60,329 nucleotides of DNA from an uncultured Anaerolineaceae bacterium (GTDB lineage: Bacteria > Chloroflexota > Anaerolineae > Anaerolineales > Anaerolineaceae): assembly GCA_937863605.1 (NCBI GenBank), contig CALMGN010000035.1, forward strand, positions 1 to 60,329. The letters are read 5' to 3'. The notes under the pieces are model-generated. The model saw nothing but the letters and a program-made list of their open reading frames with translations, was not told the DNA's origin and searched no databases. Positions 1 through 10,100 of this stretch are shown here, in pieces. Position numbers and translations under genes: made by a program. Every line of letters starts with the position of its first letter. Position 1 is the stretch's first letter.

Positions 1-1296
1 GAGGTCAACCTGGTGATCGAAGCCGGTAAACCCGTGCTTTTCGTCTCGCTTGGCAAGGCAGACAAGGTCATCGTCGACACTTACCGCCAGGCAGGCGGCA
101 AACTGGCCGATTGGCTGCTGAAACACCCGGTCAGCCAGCTCGGGTTGGATGCCGATACGCTTGGCGAGAGCGAACTTTCAGCTTTTGGGGAAGGTTTGCT
201 GCTGAATGCTTTCCGTTTTGACCGCTATAAGACATCGGAAAAATCACTCGAAGCGTGTACGGTCAATGTGCGCAGCGCCAGCAATAAAACTGAAGTCGGT
301 AAAGTGGTCGCGCATACAAACCACCTGGCGGCAGCCGTCAACCTGCAGCGCGACTGGGCGCACGAACCGGCAAACGAAATCAACCCTCAGTCTTTGTCTG
401 AACGTGCTCAGGATCTGGCTGCGACCCTGGGGGTTAAATGCACTATTCTGGATGAGCAGCAGCTCCTCCAGATGGGCGCAGGAGCCATCACTGCGGTTGG
501 CAAAGGCAGCAAAACCCCTGCCCGGATGATTGTGCTCGAATATGCCGGGAAAAACAAAGGGGTAGATAAACTGCCCGTTGCGTTGGTTGGCAAGGCAATC
601 ACCTTCGACACTGGCGGCTATTCATTAAAGGATACGACCAACATTCAGACCATGAAATATGACAAATGCGGCGGATTAAATGTACTGGCAATTATTAAAG
701 CCGCAGTTGAGCTTGGGTTGGAAACCCCGCTGGTCGGTGTGATTTGTGCGGCCGAGAATATGATCTCTGGCAAAGCCTACCGCCCGGATGACATCCTCAC
801 CAGCCTGTCGGGCAAGACCATTGAAATTGTCACAACCGACGCCGAAGGACGGCTGATTCTGGCGGACGGATTAACCTACGCCCAAAAGAACTTTTCCCCA
901 CGTGCGGTCATCGATATGGCAACGCTTACCGGTGGGATTGTGACTGCCCTGGGACAGGTGCGCGCAGGTCTATTCTCAAACGATGACACCCTGGCGGGAG
1001 AGTTGTTCCAGGCCGGCGAGGCGACCCACGAACGTCTCTGGCGGATGCCGCTGGATGATGATTACTTCCCGCAAATCAAAGGCGATGACGCTGACCTGCG
1101 TAATTCGGGCGGAAAAGCGGCCACCCCGGTCATTGGCGGTATTTTCCTCAAACAATTTATCGAGGAAGGCACGCGCTGGGCGCATCTGGACATCGCCGGG
1201 GTAGCCGACGTGAACAAGGACCTGCCTTACAGCCAAAAAGGCGCGACCGGCTTTGGTATTCGCCTGGTTATCAAATACCTGGAGGGGTTGGAATAA
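1..1296 (+). CDS. pepA: Leucyl aminopeptidase (M17 family), 5'-partial
   Basis: Motifs VGKAITFDTGG, MKYDKCGG, TTDAEGRL, DMATLTG and WAHLDIAG. The frame is open from base 1, so the true start lies upstream of the window. Confidence 0.93.
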   Translation, partial: EVNLVIEAGKPVLFVSLGKADKVIVDTYRQAGGKLADWLLKHPVSQLGLDADTLGESELSAFGEGLLLNAFRFDRYKTSEKSLEACTVNVRSASNKTEVGKVVAHTNHLAAAVNLQRDWAHEPANEINPQSLSERAQDLAATLGVKCTILDEQQLLQMGAGAITAVGKGSKTPARMIVLEYAGKNKGVDKLPVALVGKAITFDTGGYSLKDTTNIQTMKYDKCGGLNVLAIIKAAVELGLETPLVGVICAAENMISGKAYRPDDILTSLSGKTIEIVTTDAEGRLILADGLTYAQKNFSPRAVIDMATLTGGIVTALGQVRAGLFSNDDTLAGELFQAGEATHERLWRMPLDDDYFPQIKGDDADLRNSGGKAATPVIGGIFLKQFIEEGTRWAHLDIAGVADVNKDLPYSQKGATGFGIRLVIKYLEGLE

Positions 1297-1328
1297 ACCC
1301 CTCGGTCGAGAAAAATCTTGATTCACAC

Positions 1329-1358
1329 AAAAAAAGGACTGTTTTGCAGTCCTTTTTT
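1329..1358. terminator. Bidirectional intrinsic terminator between convergent pepA and alaS
   Basis: A-run, GGACTG stem, TTTTG loop, CAGTCC stem, T-run. Confidence 0.85.
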
Positions 1359-1370
1359 GTTTATTTTTCT

Positions 1371-4106
1371 TTACCCCAACTTCTTTTTGACCCAGGGCAG
1401 TACCTGGTCCATGGCTTCATTCAATTTCGAGGCGTCCTTGCCGCCAGCTTGAGCCAGGTTTGGACGTCCACCGCCGCTGCCGCCGATCACCGCCGCCACA
1501 ACTTTCACCAGTTCACCCGCATTCCAACCATTTTTAACCAGATCATCCGTGACGGCAGCAATCACCATGGGACGCTCCTCCAGGGCGCTGCCGAGCACCA
1601 CCACCCCGCTTGGAAATCGCTGGCGGAAGCGGTCGGTCAAAAGGCGCAGGGTGTCGGCATCTGCCTGGTTAATCACCGCCGAAACGACACGCACGCCCTC
1701 CACCTCGCGGGCGTTGACCAGGGAAGGTTCAAACTCCGCAGAGGCCAGTGCCTGCCGTAGTTTCGAAATTTCTTTATGTAAATTCGAAACCTCGGCAACC
1801 AGGGCCTCAGCCTTAAAGCTGACATCGTCCACATTACTGACCAAAACATTGGCTGCCATTTTCATTAATTTAAAACTGCGTTGGACCAGACGGTAGGCTT
1901 TACGTCCGGTAACAGCTTCAATGCGGCGAATGCCGGCAGCCGCACTGGCTTCGCTGATGATCAGAAAAATCCCAATATCTCCAGTGGAATCCACATGCGT
2001 ACCACCGCACAGTTCATAAGATAAGGCTTCCTCATCGCCAATGGTGATGGTCCTCACGGTCTCGCCGTATTTTTCACCAAAGAGCGCCATAGCACCCTCT
2101 TCCATCGCCTGGGCGAGCGGTTTTTGGACGATCTTCAAATGATAATTATCGAGGATGTCGCGGTTCACACCAGCCTCTATCTGCTCGAGCTGTTCCACAG
2201 TCAACGCTTCCGGATGGTTGAAGTCGAACCGCAAGCGGTCCGGGGCAACCAGTGAGCCTGCCTGACGCGCGTGCGCTCCCAGGACATGGTGCAGTACAGC
2301 ATGCAGCAGGTGCGTGGCAGTGTGATTGCGCATGATATCCCGGCGCCGCTGCGCATCGACGGATGCAATCGCAAAATCGCCTAGCGCAGGTTTGCCTCGG
2401 ACAACTTCACCGATATGGACGATGATCCCAGCCGCCGGTTTACGGGTTTCATCCACGCGGATCTCCCAGCGCGGTTCCTTGACGGATACGATCGTGCCGG
2501 TATCGGTGACCTGTCCACCCGACTCGATATAGAAGCAAGTCGCAGGCAGGACTACCTCCACTGGGTCACCGGTAATAGCTTCTTTCACCGGTTCGCCATT
2601 GCGGACGATTGCCAAAAGTTCCCCTTCCACTTCCAGCGTTGAATACGGATCATAGGCTACGCCGCTGACGGTCAACTTGCCGCTGATTTGCAAGCCCTGA
2701 AAAATGGCGCGGTAAACATCCACCATGTCACCGCCCATCGTTCCAAAGGCTTTTCCAGCCCCGGATGCCAGCCGGTGCTCCTCCATGGCTCGGGTGAAGC
2801 CCCCCTGGTCAACATCCAGAAATTGTTCACGGGCGACATCACGAGTCAATTCAAGCGGAAGCCCATGGGTAGCATACAAGTCAAAGGCTTTTTCGCCCTC
2901 CAGAACAACCCTGCCGGATTTCTTGACTTCATCTAGCATTTCTTCCAGGTGTTCCAAGCCCTGCTCCACAGTTCGCTGGAACCGGATTTCCTCGCGGGTA
3001 ATCGCATCCAGAATGGCAGAACGGTTGCGTTCCAACTCGGGATATGCACCGCTGTAATTGTCAATGACTACTTCGGCGACTTTTGCCATGAAGGGTTCTT
3101 TTAACCCAATTTTTCCGCCAAAGCGCGCCGCCCGACGGATGATCATGCGGACGATGTAATTTCGGCCGGTATTCCCGGGTACAACTCCGTCTGCAATCAA
3201 GAAAGTGGAAGCGCGGACATGATCGGCAACCACCCGGTAAGGAGTCAGAAATTCCTCGAACTGAGCCAGCGTGTGTCCGGTCAGCGTTCGAATCTTCTCG
3301 AGCAACGGCAAGAACAGGTCAGTTCGGTAATTGGATGTGACGTGCTGTAATACGGATACGATACGATCCAGACCCATGCCTGTATCCACGTGTTTGGCGG
3401 GCAACGGCGTCAGTTGGGTAGGTGAAAGCCGGTTGTATTGAATGAAAACCAGATTCCAAATTTCGATAAAGCGTTTGCAGTCACCGTTCACCTGACATAC
3501 ATGACCGGGCACATCCTGCTTATTGCAGTAGGATTGTCCCATGTCGATATTGATTTCACTGCAAGGACCGCACGGACCGGTCTCCGCCATCTCCCAAAAG
3601 TTATCCTTGCGTCCGGAGTAAACCACATGCTCGGGGATGAATCCAGGCTGCGCGCGCCAGTTTTCCGCGGCTTCTTCGTCGGTTGGGATTTCACCTTTCT
3701 CGTCCTTGAAGCATGTCGCCCACAAAAGACGTTTATCGATACCCCAGACCTCGGTCAGCAGCTGCCAGGCCCAGGTGATGGCTTCTTTTTTGTAATAATC
3801 GCCAAACGACCAGTTCCCCAGCATCTCGAAAAAGGTATGGTGGGTGTCATCGCGCCCGACCTCGTCCAGGTCATTGTGTTTGCCCGCGACCCGCAAGCAT
3901 TTTTGAGAATTGACAGCTCGGGTGTACGGCCGGTGATCGGTCCCCAGGAAAACGTCCTTGAATTGCACCATGCCTGCATTGGTGAACAGCAGGGTTTGAT
4001 CTCCACCCGGGACGAGCGATGAGGACGGAACAAAGGTATGCCCATTTTCAACAAAAAAATCAATAAACGTCTGCCGGATCATCGCGCCGGTCAATTTGTC
4101 ATTCAT
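1371..4106 (-). CDS. alaS: Alanine--tRNA ligase
   Basis: LLFTNAGMVQFK, HHTFFEMLGNWSFGDYYK, editing-domain HTATH and ELCGGTH, and C-terminal GGSGGGRPNLAQAGG. Confidence 0.98.
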   Translation of the reverse strand: MNDKLTGAMIRQTFIDFFVENGHTFVPSSSLVPGGDQTLLFTNAGMVQFKDVFLGTDHRPYTRAVNSQKCLRVAGKHNDLDEVGRDDTHHTFFEMLGNWSFGDYYKKEAITWAWQLLTEVWGIDKRLLWATCFKDEKGEIPTDEEAAENWRAQPGFIPEHVVYSGRKDNFWEMAETGPCGPCSEINIDMGQSYCNKQDVPGHVCQVNGDCKRFIEIWNLVFIQYNRLSPTQLTPLPAKHVDTGMGLDRIVSVLQHVTSNYRTDLFLPLLEKIRTLTGHTLAQFEEFLTPYRVVADHVRASTFLIADGVVPGNTGRNYIVRMIIRRAARFGGKIGLKEPFMAKVAEVVIDNYSGAYPELERNRSAILDAITREEIRFQRTVEQGLEHLEEMLDEVKKSGRVVLEGEKAFDLYATHGLPLELTRDVAREQFLDVDQGGFTRAMEEHRLASGAGKAFGTMGGDMVDVYRAIFQGLQISGKLTVSGVAYDPYSTLEVEGELLAIVRNGEPVKEAITGDPVEVVLPATCFYIESGGQVTDTGTIVSVKEPRWEIRVDETRKPAAGIIVHIGEVVRGKPALGDFAIASVDAQRRRDIMRNHTATHLLHAVLHHVLGAHARQAGSLVAPDRLRFDFNHPEALTVEQLEQIEAGVNRDILDNYHLKIVQKPLAQAMEEGAMALFGEKYGETVRTITIGDEEALSYELCGGTHVDSTGDIGIFLIISEASAAAGIRRIEAVTGRKAYRLVQRSFKLMKMAANVLVSNVDDVSFKAEALVAEVSNLHKEISKLRQALASAEFEPSLVNAREVEGVRVVSAVINQADADTLRLLTDRFRQRFPSGVVVLGSALEERPMVIAAVTDDLVKNGWNAGELVKVVAAVIGGSGGGRPNLAQAGGKDASKLNEAMDQVLPWVKKKLG

Positions 4107-4221
4107 AAAAACTCCTGGTTAGCCGTTAGATAAACACTAATTATAAGCGAGGGAAGGGCAGGAATCAATAATTCCTGGCTGCAAAGCCGGGCATTCGCAT
4201 CCTGACAAAGTTAATTGCTGG

Positions 4222-4376
4222 CATTGCAAGCCCGGCACAAAACGCCAGGTGCGCAGAATATTGTTGTCATTGCGATGGAGGCCAAAGGCCGACTGAAGCA
4301 ATCTACGCTTGCCGTGATGAAAGCCTGGCCTCCGAAACCAGGGCAGATTGCGTCACCCGGCACAAAACGCCCGGTC
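4222..4376. repeat. Degenerate REP-like palindromic element(s), TGTCATTGCGA...GAAGCAATCT/AGATTGC family, with an internal direct repeat
   Basis: TGTCATTGCGA at 4265-4275, GAAGCAATCT at 4295-4304, AGATTGCGTC at 4345-4354. CCCGGCACAAAACGCC occurs at both 4231-4246 and 4356-4371. Confidence 0.6.
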
Positions 4377-4399
4377 ACTACGGTAAAGCAACTTTTTAA

Positions 4400-4430
4400 G
4401 CAGTAGAGCCGCCTTGCGGCGGCCCTCTGC
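4400..4430 (-). terminator. GC-rich hairpin downstream of the C25 protease gene, probable terminator
   Basis: Minus strand GCAGAGGGCCGCC-GCAA-GGCGGCTCTACTGC with a GNRA tetraloop; the U-tail is weak. Confidence 0.55.
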
Positions 4431-4467
4431 ACACACAGAGACAGGAGGGAGGATATGATCAGGAAAT

Positions 4468-7137
4468 TTATCGCGAGATCGCCATTTTCATCAATTTGCC
4501 ATCGCGGTTCATCGTGACACGGGCATAATGGAAATGATCGTGCTCGCCCATTTTGACCTGCCGTCGGAAGATAACCACAGTACGATCGGCGACCTGTTTT
4601 TGAGCTTGCTTGCGCCCAAGATTCAGCCCACCACCCCGGTGAACCTTGCTCTCGACTTCGAATTGCTGATGGTTTACGCTGATCTGAGCGTGATCAAGGC
4701 CGGGCAGGTACGGCGAAACCGCCTGTTTGGCAAACTGCAGCCATTTATCACTGATGGCCTTTTCTTCATTTGCTTCACTGGCGTTGTCGCTGATGGTTTT
4801 CACTAATGGGTAGTTCTGGAAGCGCACCGCTTTTTTGGGACTGACCTGCACGCCATCGTGATACACCAGCGGGTCGCCGTACAACACGAAGGAAATCAAC
4901 GTCTTCTGGTCTTCCCCATCCAGGAAACCCTGGCGGTTGGTCATTTCACGCACCATCGAAACTTTTGCCTGCACTAGTGCATCCCCGACAGAGTAGCCTT
5001 CCCGCAGTGCTGACCAAAAGTAGAAACCGAGCAGATCAGCCCCGACCAGCGGGGTGGTAACGGAACCGTAGGAGATGCAGGTCGAGCCTACGACTGCCAA
5101 AGTCCCAATCGATAAGAAACGTAGTGCCAGCGACGTCAGTTCAGTTTTCTGCATGGTTAAACCGCCGTAACAAGCCTCGGTGAACACCACCTTGGGGGAA
5201 TGACCATTTTTCGGCAGATCGGTCAAGCTGAGCGCGACCGGATATTCCGGACCGCTGCCCCGTTCTAGCGGGTCACCCTGGCCGTACCATTCGGCCGTTT
5301 CAGACAGACCGTGCAAATTGTAGAAACTAAGCGGGGAGCTGGTGATTTTATTCTGGTTAAAGCTGCCGCTGTTGGTCGGGGGTGACACCTGCAAGGTGCG
5401 GCCCTCACCGATAGGGCGGTAGGTTGCCAGAGATGAGCGGCGCCAGACGGAAGCCGTGTAACCGAATGCGCCGACTTTTCCGTTGGAACTGGGCGACGGC
5501 AGGAACCAGCGCCACCAGGCCAACCACTGGGTCACCCGGCGAATGGTTTTTCCACCCTTTGCGGCCGTATTCTGGTATTTGACTGCCTGGCGCAGCTGCT
5601 GCAGGAGTAAACCAGCATCTTCACCAACCTCACCCATAATGCGGCCAACTGGCCACTCAGGCACAAAATAATTCGAATCCAACGAGGCATAGGGATTGTC
5701 TGAAAGAACTTCCTCATCCATGTCATCGGTCGGGTTCGGCAGGCGGTGGAACGGAACCACCTCAGGCCCGCCTACAATGACCAGAGCGCCGATCCGGCCG
5801 CCTTTTTTGGCCAGGGCTTTGTCCAGGTCGGCAATGGCAAGTTTGAGTTTCCAGGGGTCAACCTGGCCGGTGGTATTGATGCCCAATTTGCCGGTAGTTT
5901 CAATATCATCCGGGTAAAAGACCATCGAGCCCCAACCCGCGCGTTTTTTAACTGCATCCGACAACCGGGTCATTTCCTTATCAATTACTGCCAGCGTCTG
6001 ATCGCCGTACTTATTGCGAAGACCGGTGCGCGATGAGAACACCACATAGATCGGGAAACGCCCGTCAGCCTTGGCGGTTTCTGGTGATTTCATCCGTTTG
6101 GCCAGCCGCTCGAATTCTTTTTCAGTGTTTTTCAACCAGGCGGGTGGATTTAACTTTGCCTCCGCTGCTGCGGCAGCAGCCTTGGCTCTGGCCTTTGCCT
6201 GTTCCTCAGCTACCGCCTCCTGACTATACGCGTATTGCGCGGTTTGCAGGAATGCATTTGCTTCATCAGCCGACGGCTCAGCCGAGGAAAACGCCGGAGC
6301 CACTGCTCGTGCTGAGGATGCCAGGCGGTTCCAACCCATGCTGGTCGCCACGCTGGCCGGGATGGCAATATCCATTCCGATTTCCATGCGTTCCGGCCAC
6401 AATGGCTTGTACGGGTGATGTGCACCCCACCAGCGGCCGGTCACCTGGCCGGCAGCATCGGCTGCCACTGACTGGTGCAGGAGGGTCACTGCGCTTGCCT
6501 CGTCCCCCATCTCAAGTTTGGCTTCTGCCAGCGCTAATTTAAATATCACGGTTTCAGGCCACTGGCTATGATACAGGTCAGCAAATTTCAGCAGGTTGGC
6601 CTGGTCACGATGCGCCCGGATGACTTCCAAATGGGTTATCGCGGCCAGCAGCTGGTCCTGGGTCAACGCCAGTACTTGATAGACCATGGTTTCAGCGGCA
6701 TCCATGTTGCCGTCTGCCAGAGCCCGCCGGGCATTCCGCAAAATGGTGCTCCACCCGGGCATGGCGATCGAGGGATCGACACGCTGACCAAGGATGAAGA
6801 TGTCCACCAAAACCCGGGTGTACTCCTTTTGATTGCTTACACCGTAAGCCTTCGCCAGCGCCTTTTGAGCGGTAATGTCTTCCGGGTCCATCCGGCATAC
6901 TTTTTCGAGGATTTGCACCGCTTGCCCGGTCTTGTCTTCCAGGCTGAAGATTCGCGCCAGGGTGCGGTTGACTTCCAGGTCACCGGGATAAATGGACAGC
7001 CAGGTCAAGGTCATCTGGCGGGCAAACCGGAATTCTTTGGCTTCCATGGCGGCATTCAATACCATGACCATTGTTGAACGTGATAGGGAACGTGTGATTT
7101 GGGGATTGTTGAGGTTGGTTGGGTTGTTTACAGGCAT
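4468..7137 (-). CDS. TPR-containing, gingipain-like C25 (clan CD) cysteine peptidase, no signal peptide
   Basis: N-terminal TPR-like helices. C25 motifs LVIVGGPEVVPF, SDNPYASLD..PEWPVGRI and C-terminal FVLYGDP. Catalytic dyad YNLHGLSETAEW (His609) and VFTEACYGG (Cys656). SD AGGAGG upstream; overlaps the upstream gene by 10 bp. Confidence 0.8.
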   Translation of the reverse strand: MPVNNPTNLNNPQITRSLSRSTMVMVLNAAMEAKEFRFARQMTLTWLSIYPGDLEVNRTLARIFSLEDKTGQAVQILEKVCRMDPEDITAQKALAKAYGVSNQKEYTRVLVDIFILGQRVDPSIAMPGWSTILRNARRALADGNMDAAETMVYQVLALTQDQLLAAITHLEVIRAHRDQANLLKFADLYHSQWPETVIFKLALAEAKLEMGDEASAVTLLHQSVAADAAGQVTGRWWGAHHPYKPLWPERMEIGMDIAIPASVATSMGWNRLASSARAVAPAFSSAEPSADEANAFLQTAQYAYSQEAVAEEQAKARAKAAAAAAEAKLNPPAWLKNTEKEFERLAKRMKSPETAKADGRFPIYVVFSSRTGLRNKYGDQTLAVIDKEMTRLSDAVKKRAGWGSMVFYPDDIETTGKLGINTTGQVDPWKLKLAIADLDKALAKKGGRIGALVIVGGPEVVPFHRLPNPTDDMDEEVLSDNPYASLDSNYFVPEWPVGRIMGEVGEDAGLLLQQLRQAVKYQNTAAKGGKTIRRVTQWLAWWRWFLPSPSSNGKVGAFGYTASVWRRSSLATYRPIGEGRTLQVSPPTNSGSFNQNKITSSPLSFYNLHGLSETAEWYGQGDPLERGSGPEYPVALSLTDLPKNGHSPKVVFTEACYGGLTMQKTELTSLALRFLSIGTLAVVGSTCISYGSVTTPLVGADLLGFYFWSALREGYSVGDALVQAKVSMVREMTNRQGFLDGEDQKTLISFVLYGDPLVYHDGVQVSPKKAVRFQNYPLVKTISDNASEANEEKAISDKWLQFAKQAVSPYLPGLDHAQISVNHQQFEVESKVHRGGGLNLGRKQAQKQVADRTVVIFRRQVKMGEHDHFHYARVTMNRDGKLMKMAISR

Positions 7138-10100
7138 GAGTTTGCCTCCTGACAGTTGTGTACCAGGTTCAATGCAACAATCGCGCCAAGCTGCCGGCGA
7201 ATATTGACATCAGATGGAGCAAGGTTGGCGGCACGCCGAAGCATGGATTCAGCCGCCGGGTAATCCTTTCCGTCGCGCAGGATCAAGCCTGCCTGATAGA
7301 ACGAGCGGTAGTCATCGGGAGCGGTACGCATGGCCTGTTGGTAGGCTGTTAGTGCCTGCGAGAAGTCGCGCCGGTTGGTGTAAACCCGACCCAGGTCAAG
7401 GTAGGCATCGGACTGGTTGGGTGCTAGCCGGGCTGACTCAGTCAGATGATGCACGGATTTATCCAGCTGGCCCGAGTCGGCGAACAGGCGACCAAGCAAT
7501 AAATGAATTTCGGCTTTTTGAGGGTCAAGGCGCAAGGCTAATAACGCAGCTTTTTCAGCTTCCGCTGCCCGGCCAGTTTCTGCCAGCGCTGCAGCGTAGG
7601 TACTGATCACCTGGTCATTATCCGGGTAGCGTTCTGCCAACGGCTGCAGCACCTGAACTGCTGCTTCAGCACCGTGCAGCCGGTAAATCAGCCGGGCGCG
7701 TTCGCTTTCCAGCACCAGCGTTCCAGGCAATTCTTCGACCGCTTTGTTTAAGGTTGCAAGCGCTTCCTTGTCCTTGCCGCGGGCAACCAGGATCTTACTG
7801 GACAGTAGGCGGGTCTCCGGAACCATCGGCGCCATTTTCTCGGCGTCGCGGGCATAATCCATTGCCTTGCGATCATCCCCAGCAGCCAGCAGGATCTCTC
7901 CGCTGAGCACCAACGCTTTATAGGTGTCATCCCCGCTGTGCTGACCCGCCTGCCCAGCCGCTTTGAGCGCGTCTGCGTATTGCTTGTTGGCAAACAAAGC
8001 GCGGCCATAATTCAACCAGGCCGGGGCGTGCGTCGGAGCGATCTGGACCGCTTTGGCCAGCACCCCGACCGCCTTTGGAGCATCCTGTAATGTCTGGAAA
8101 ACCGCGCCTAGTTCGAGTGCCACGGTCAGGTTGGCTGGCATCAGTTCCATGGTCTTTTCCAGATGGTTCTTGGCTGCTTCGGGTTCATTGGATTGCAACG
8201 CCAGGGTTGCCGCCCAGTGCTGCCAGCCAGCTTCATTCGGCCAGTAGATCAGGGCTGTTTCGACAGCTTCCAACGCCCGGCCGATATCACCTGATTTTTC
8301 AGAAGTCTTCGCCAGGGTGATGTGGCAAACGGGATTTTTTGGTTCCAGGGCGACTGCCCGCAGCGCTGACTGCTGATTAAAGTCCAGTTTATTGTCAAGT
8401 TGGACGGAAGCCAGTTGAATGCAGACCTGCGCGTGGTCGTTAAATTGCTCTCCTACCTGGCAAGCGCCTTCGGGATTTCCGGTTCGGTTGAGCGCCATCA
8501 CCAACGCGGCAGCGTCCTCTCCGGTCATGGATAGAGCTGCAAATCCGCGAACACTGGCTGGTGAAGGCTGGAATACAGCCTCCCCGCGCACCTTCCAGCG
8601 CTCGATTTCCGTGGCATTATTCAGCTTGCGCAGTTCAGTGATCGACTGCGTGAAGCGGGTGTAAGCCGCCTCGCTGACGACCGATTTCTCGGGTAGGTGG
8701 GTTTCACATCCTAGTGCTGAACCGGTCAAATACCATTCAGCCGCCCGCACCATGGCGCGCGATAAGCGCATCAAAGCTAACGGTTGGGCCGGCTGGCGGC
8801 GGACGACGGAATCCAGCAATTGGATCGCATCTGCCCAGCGGTAGAGTTCAGCTGCAGCCTCAGCCAACCCGAGCAAGGTGGAGTCAGGCGTAATAACCGG
8901 AAGTTGATCATGGTCAGTGCGAATGGATTTACCCTTCAATGCCGGTCTTACCCGACGCCACAGGTCTGCATACAGTTCCTCCGCCTCGGCGGAATCCCCG
9001 GTGCGCACCATTACCCGCACTCGGGCAGCCAACAATCGGGTCCCGTCAGGGTCAAATTGCAAACCCTCGTTGATTTTGCGGTAAGCCAGATGCACATCTC
9101 CGTGTTCCAGGGCATATTCAGCTTGCAGGCTGATTAAGCCTCCCATCCAGGGATTGTTCTCATTAATTTCAGTTGGTTCATAATCAACCGCCGCCAGAGC
9201 GAGTGCTCGGTCGTCCTGTAATAGCTTGGCAGCCAGATCAGCTCCAGCGAACCGGTATTCAGCGTTCCCTGGTTCAAGTTCAATGGCTTTTTCAGCATGC
9301 GCCAGTGCTTCGCTGAGGTTGTCCACTTTTTGCAGCAGGCGCGTGAAACGCTGATGAATATCGACCGGTGAGGACGCGATGGCAAATGGTGCCAGACTAT
9401 GGGCAGTTTTCACTACCGGCTGGCTGCCGGACGTCTTGGCGCTCTCGCTGAGTTGGAGAGCATGCTCGAGGGAGGTCAGCGCGGCCTGGGTCCGGTTTAG
9501 CTTATCCTGCAGATCGGATTGGAAGGTGTAGTAGACTGCCTCAGTGGGGTTGGCGCGGATGGCGCGTTGAGTCAAATCCAAGGATTGGTCATACTTGTTG
9601 TCGTTTTTATTCAGGACCGCCAGTTCGAACAGGAGTGTCGCTTCCGGCTCGCCACTCACCTCGACAGCCTTCTCTAGGGTCGAAAGGGCGCTGGTTGTAT
9701 CTTCCATCTGCAGGAAGATGTGCGCTGCCTTCCGTAGCTGGGCCACAGTCACAGACGTATTGTCAACCACATTGGACAGTTCCATACGGCTGGCTTCCGG
9801 ATTGTCGTTGGCCAACAGCGCTTCAGCAAGCGAAAGGCGTAACTCTACCGCATCAGGCTGGACCTCGACGGCAGCTTTCAGTCCTTGAATGGCTTTGTCC
9901 AACTGGTGGATACGAACCATCAGATTGGCGTACCAGGTCAGGTTGCTGACGTCATCCGGCGCTAATGCCAGTGTCTGTTCGGCGGCAGCCGCGGCGGCTT
10001 CAGCCAGGTTGCCTTCTGCAAATGCATCCGCTAACAACCGGTTTAACCCGATCGATTCGGGATTGGCGGTCACCGCGTTTTGCAGCGAAGCCAACGCAGT

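Noticed and set aside
4107-4467. T-box riboswitch upstream of alaS
   Set aside because: No GGTGGNACC T-box motif was found on the minus strand; REP-like elements explain the region better.
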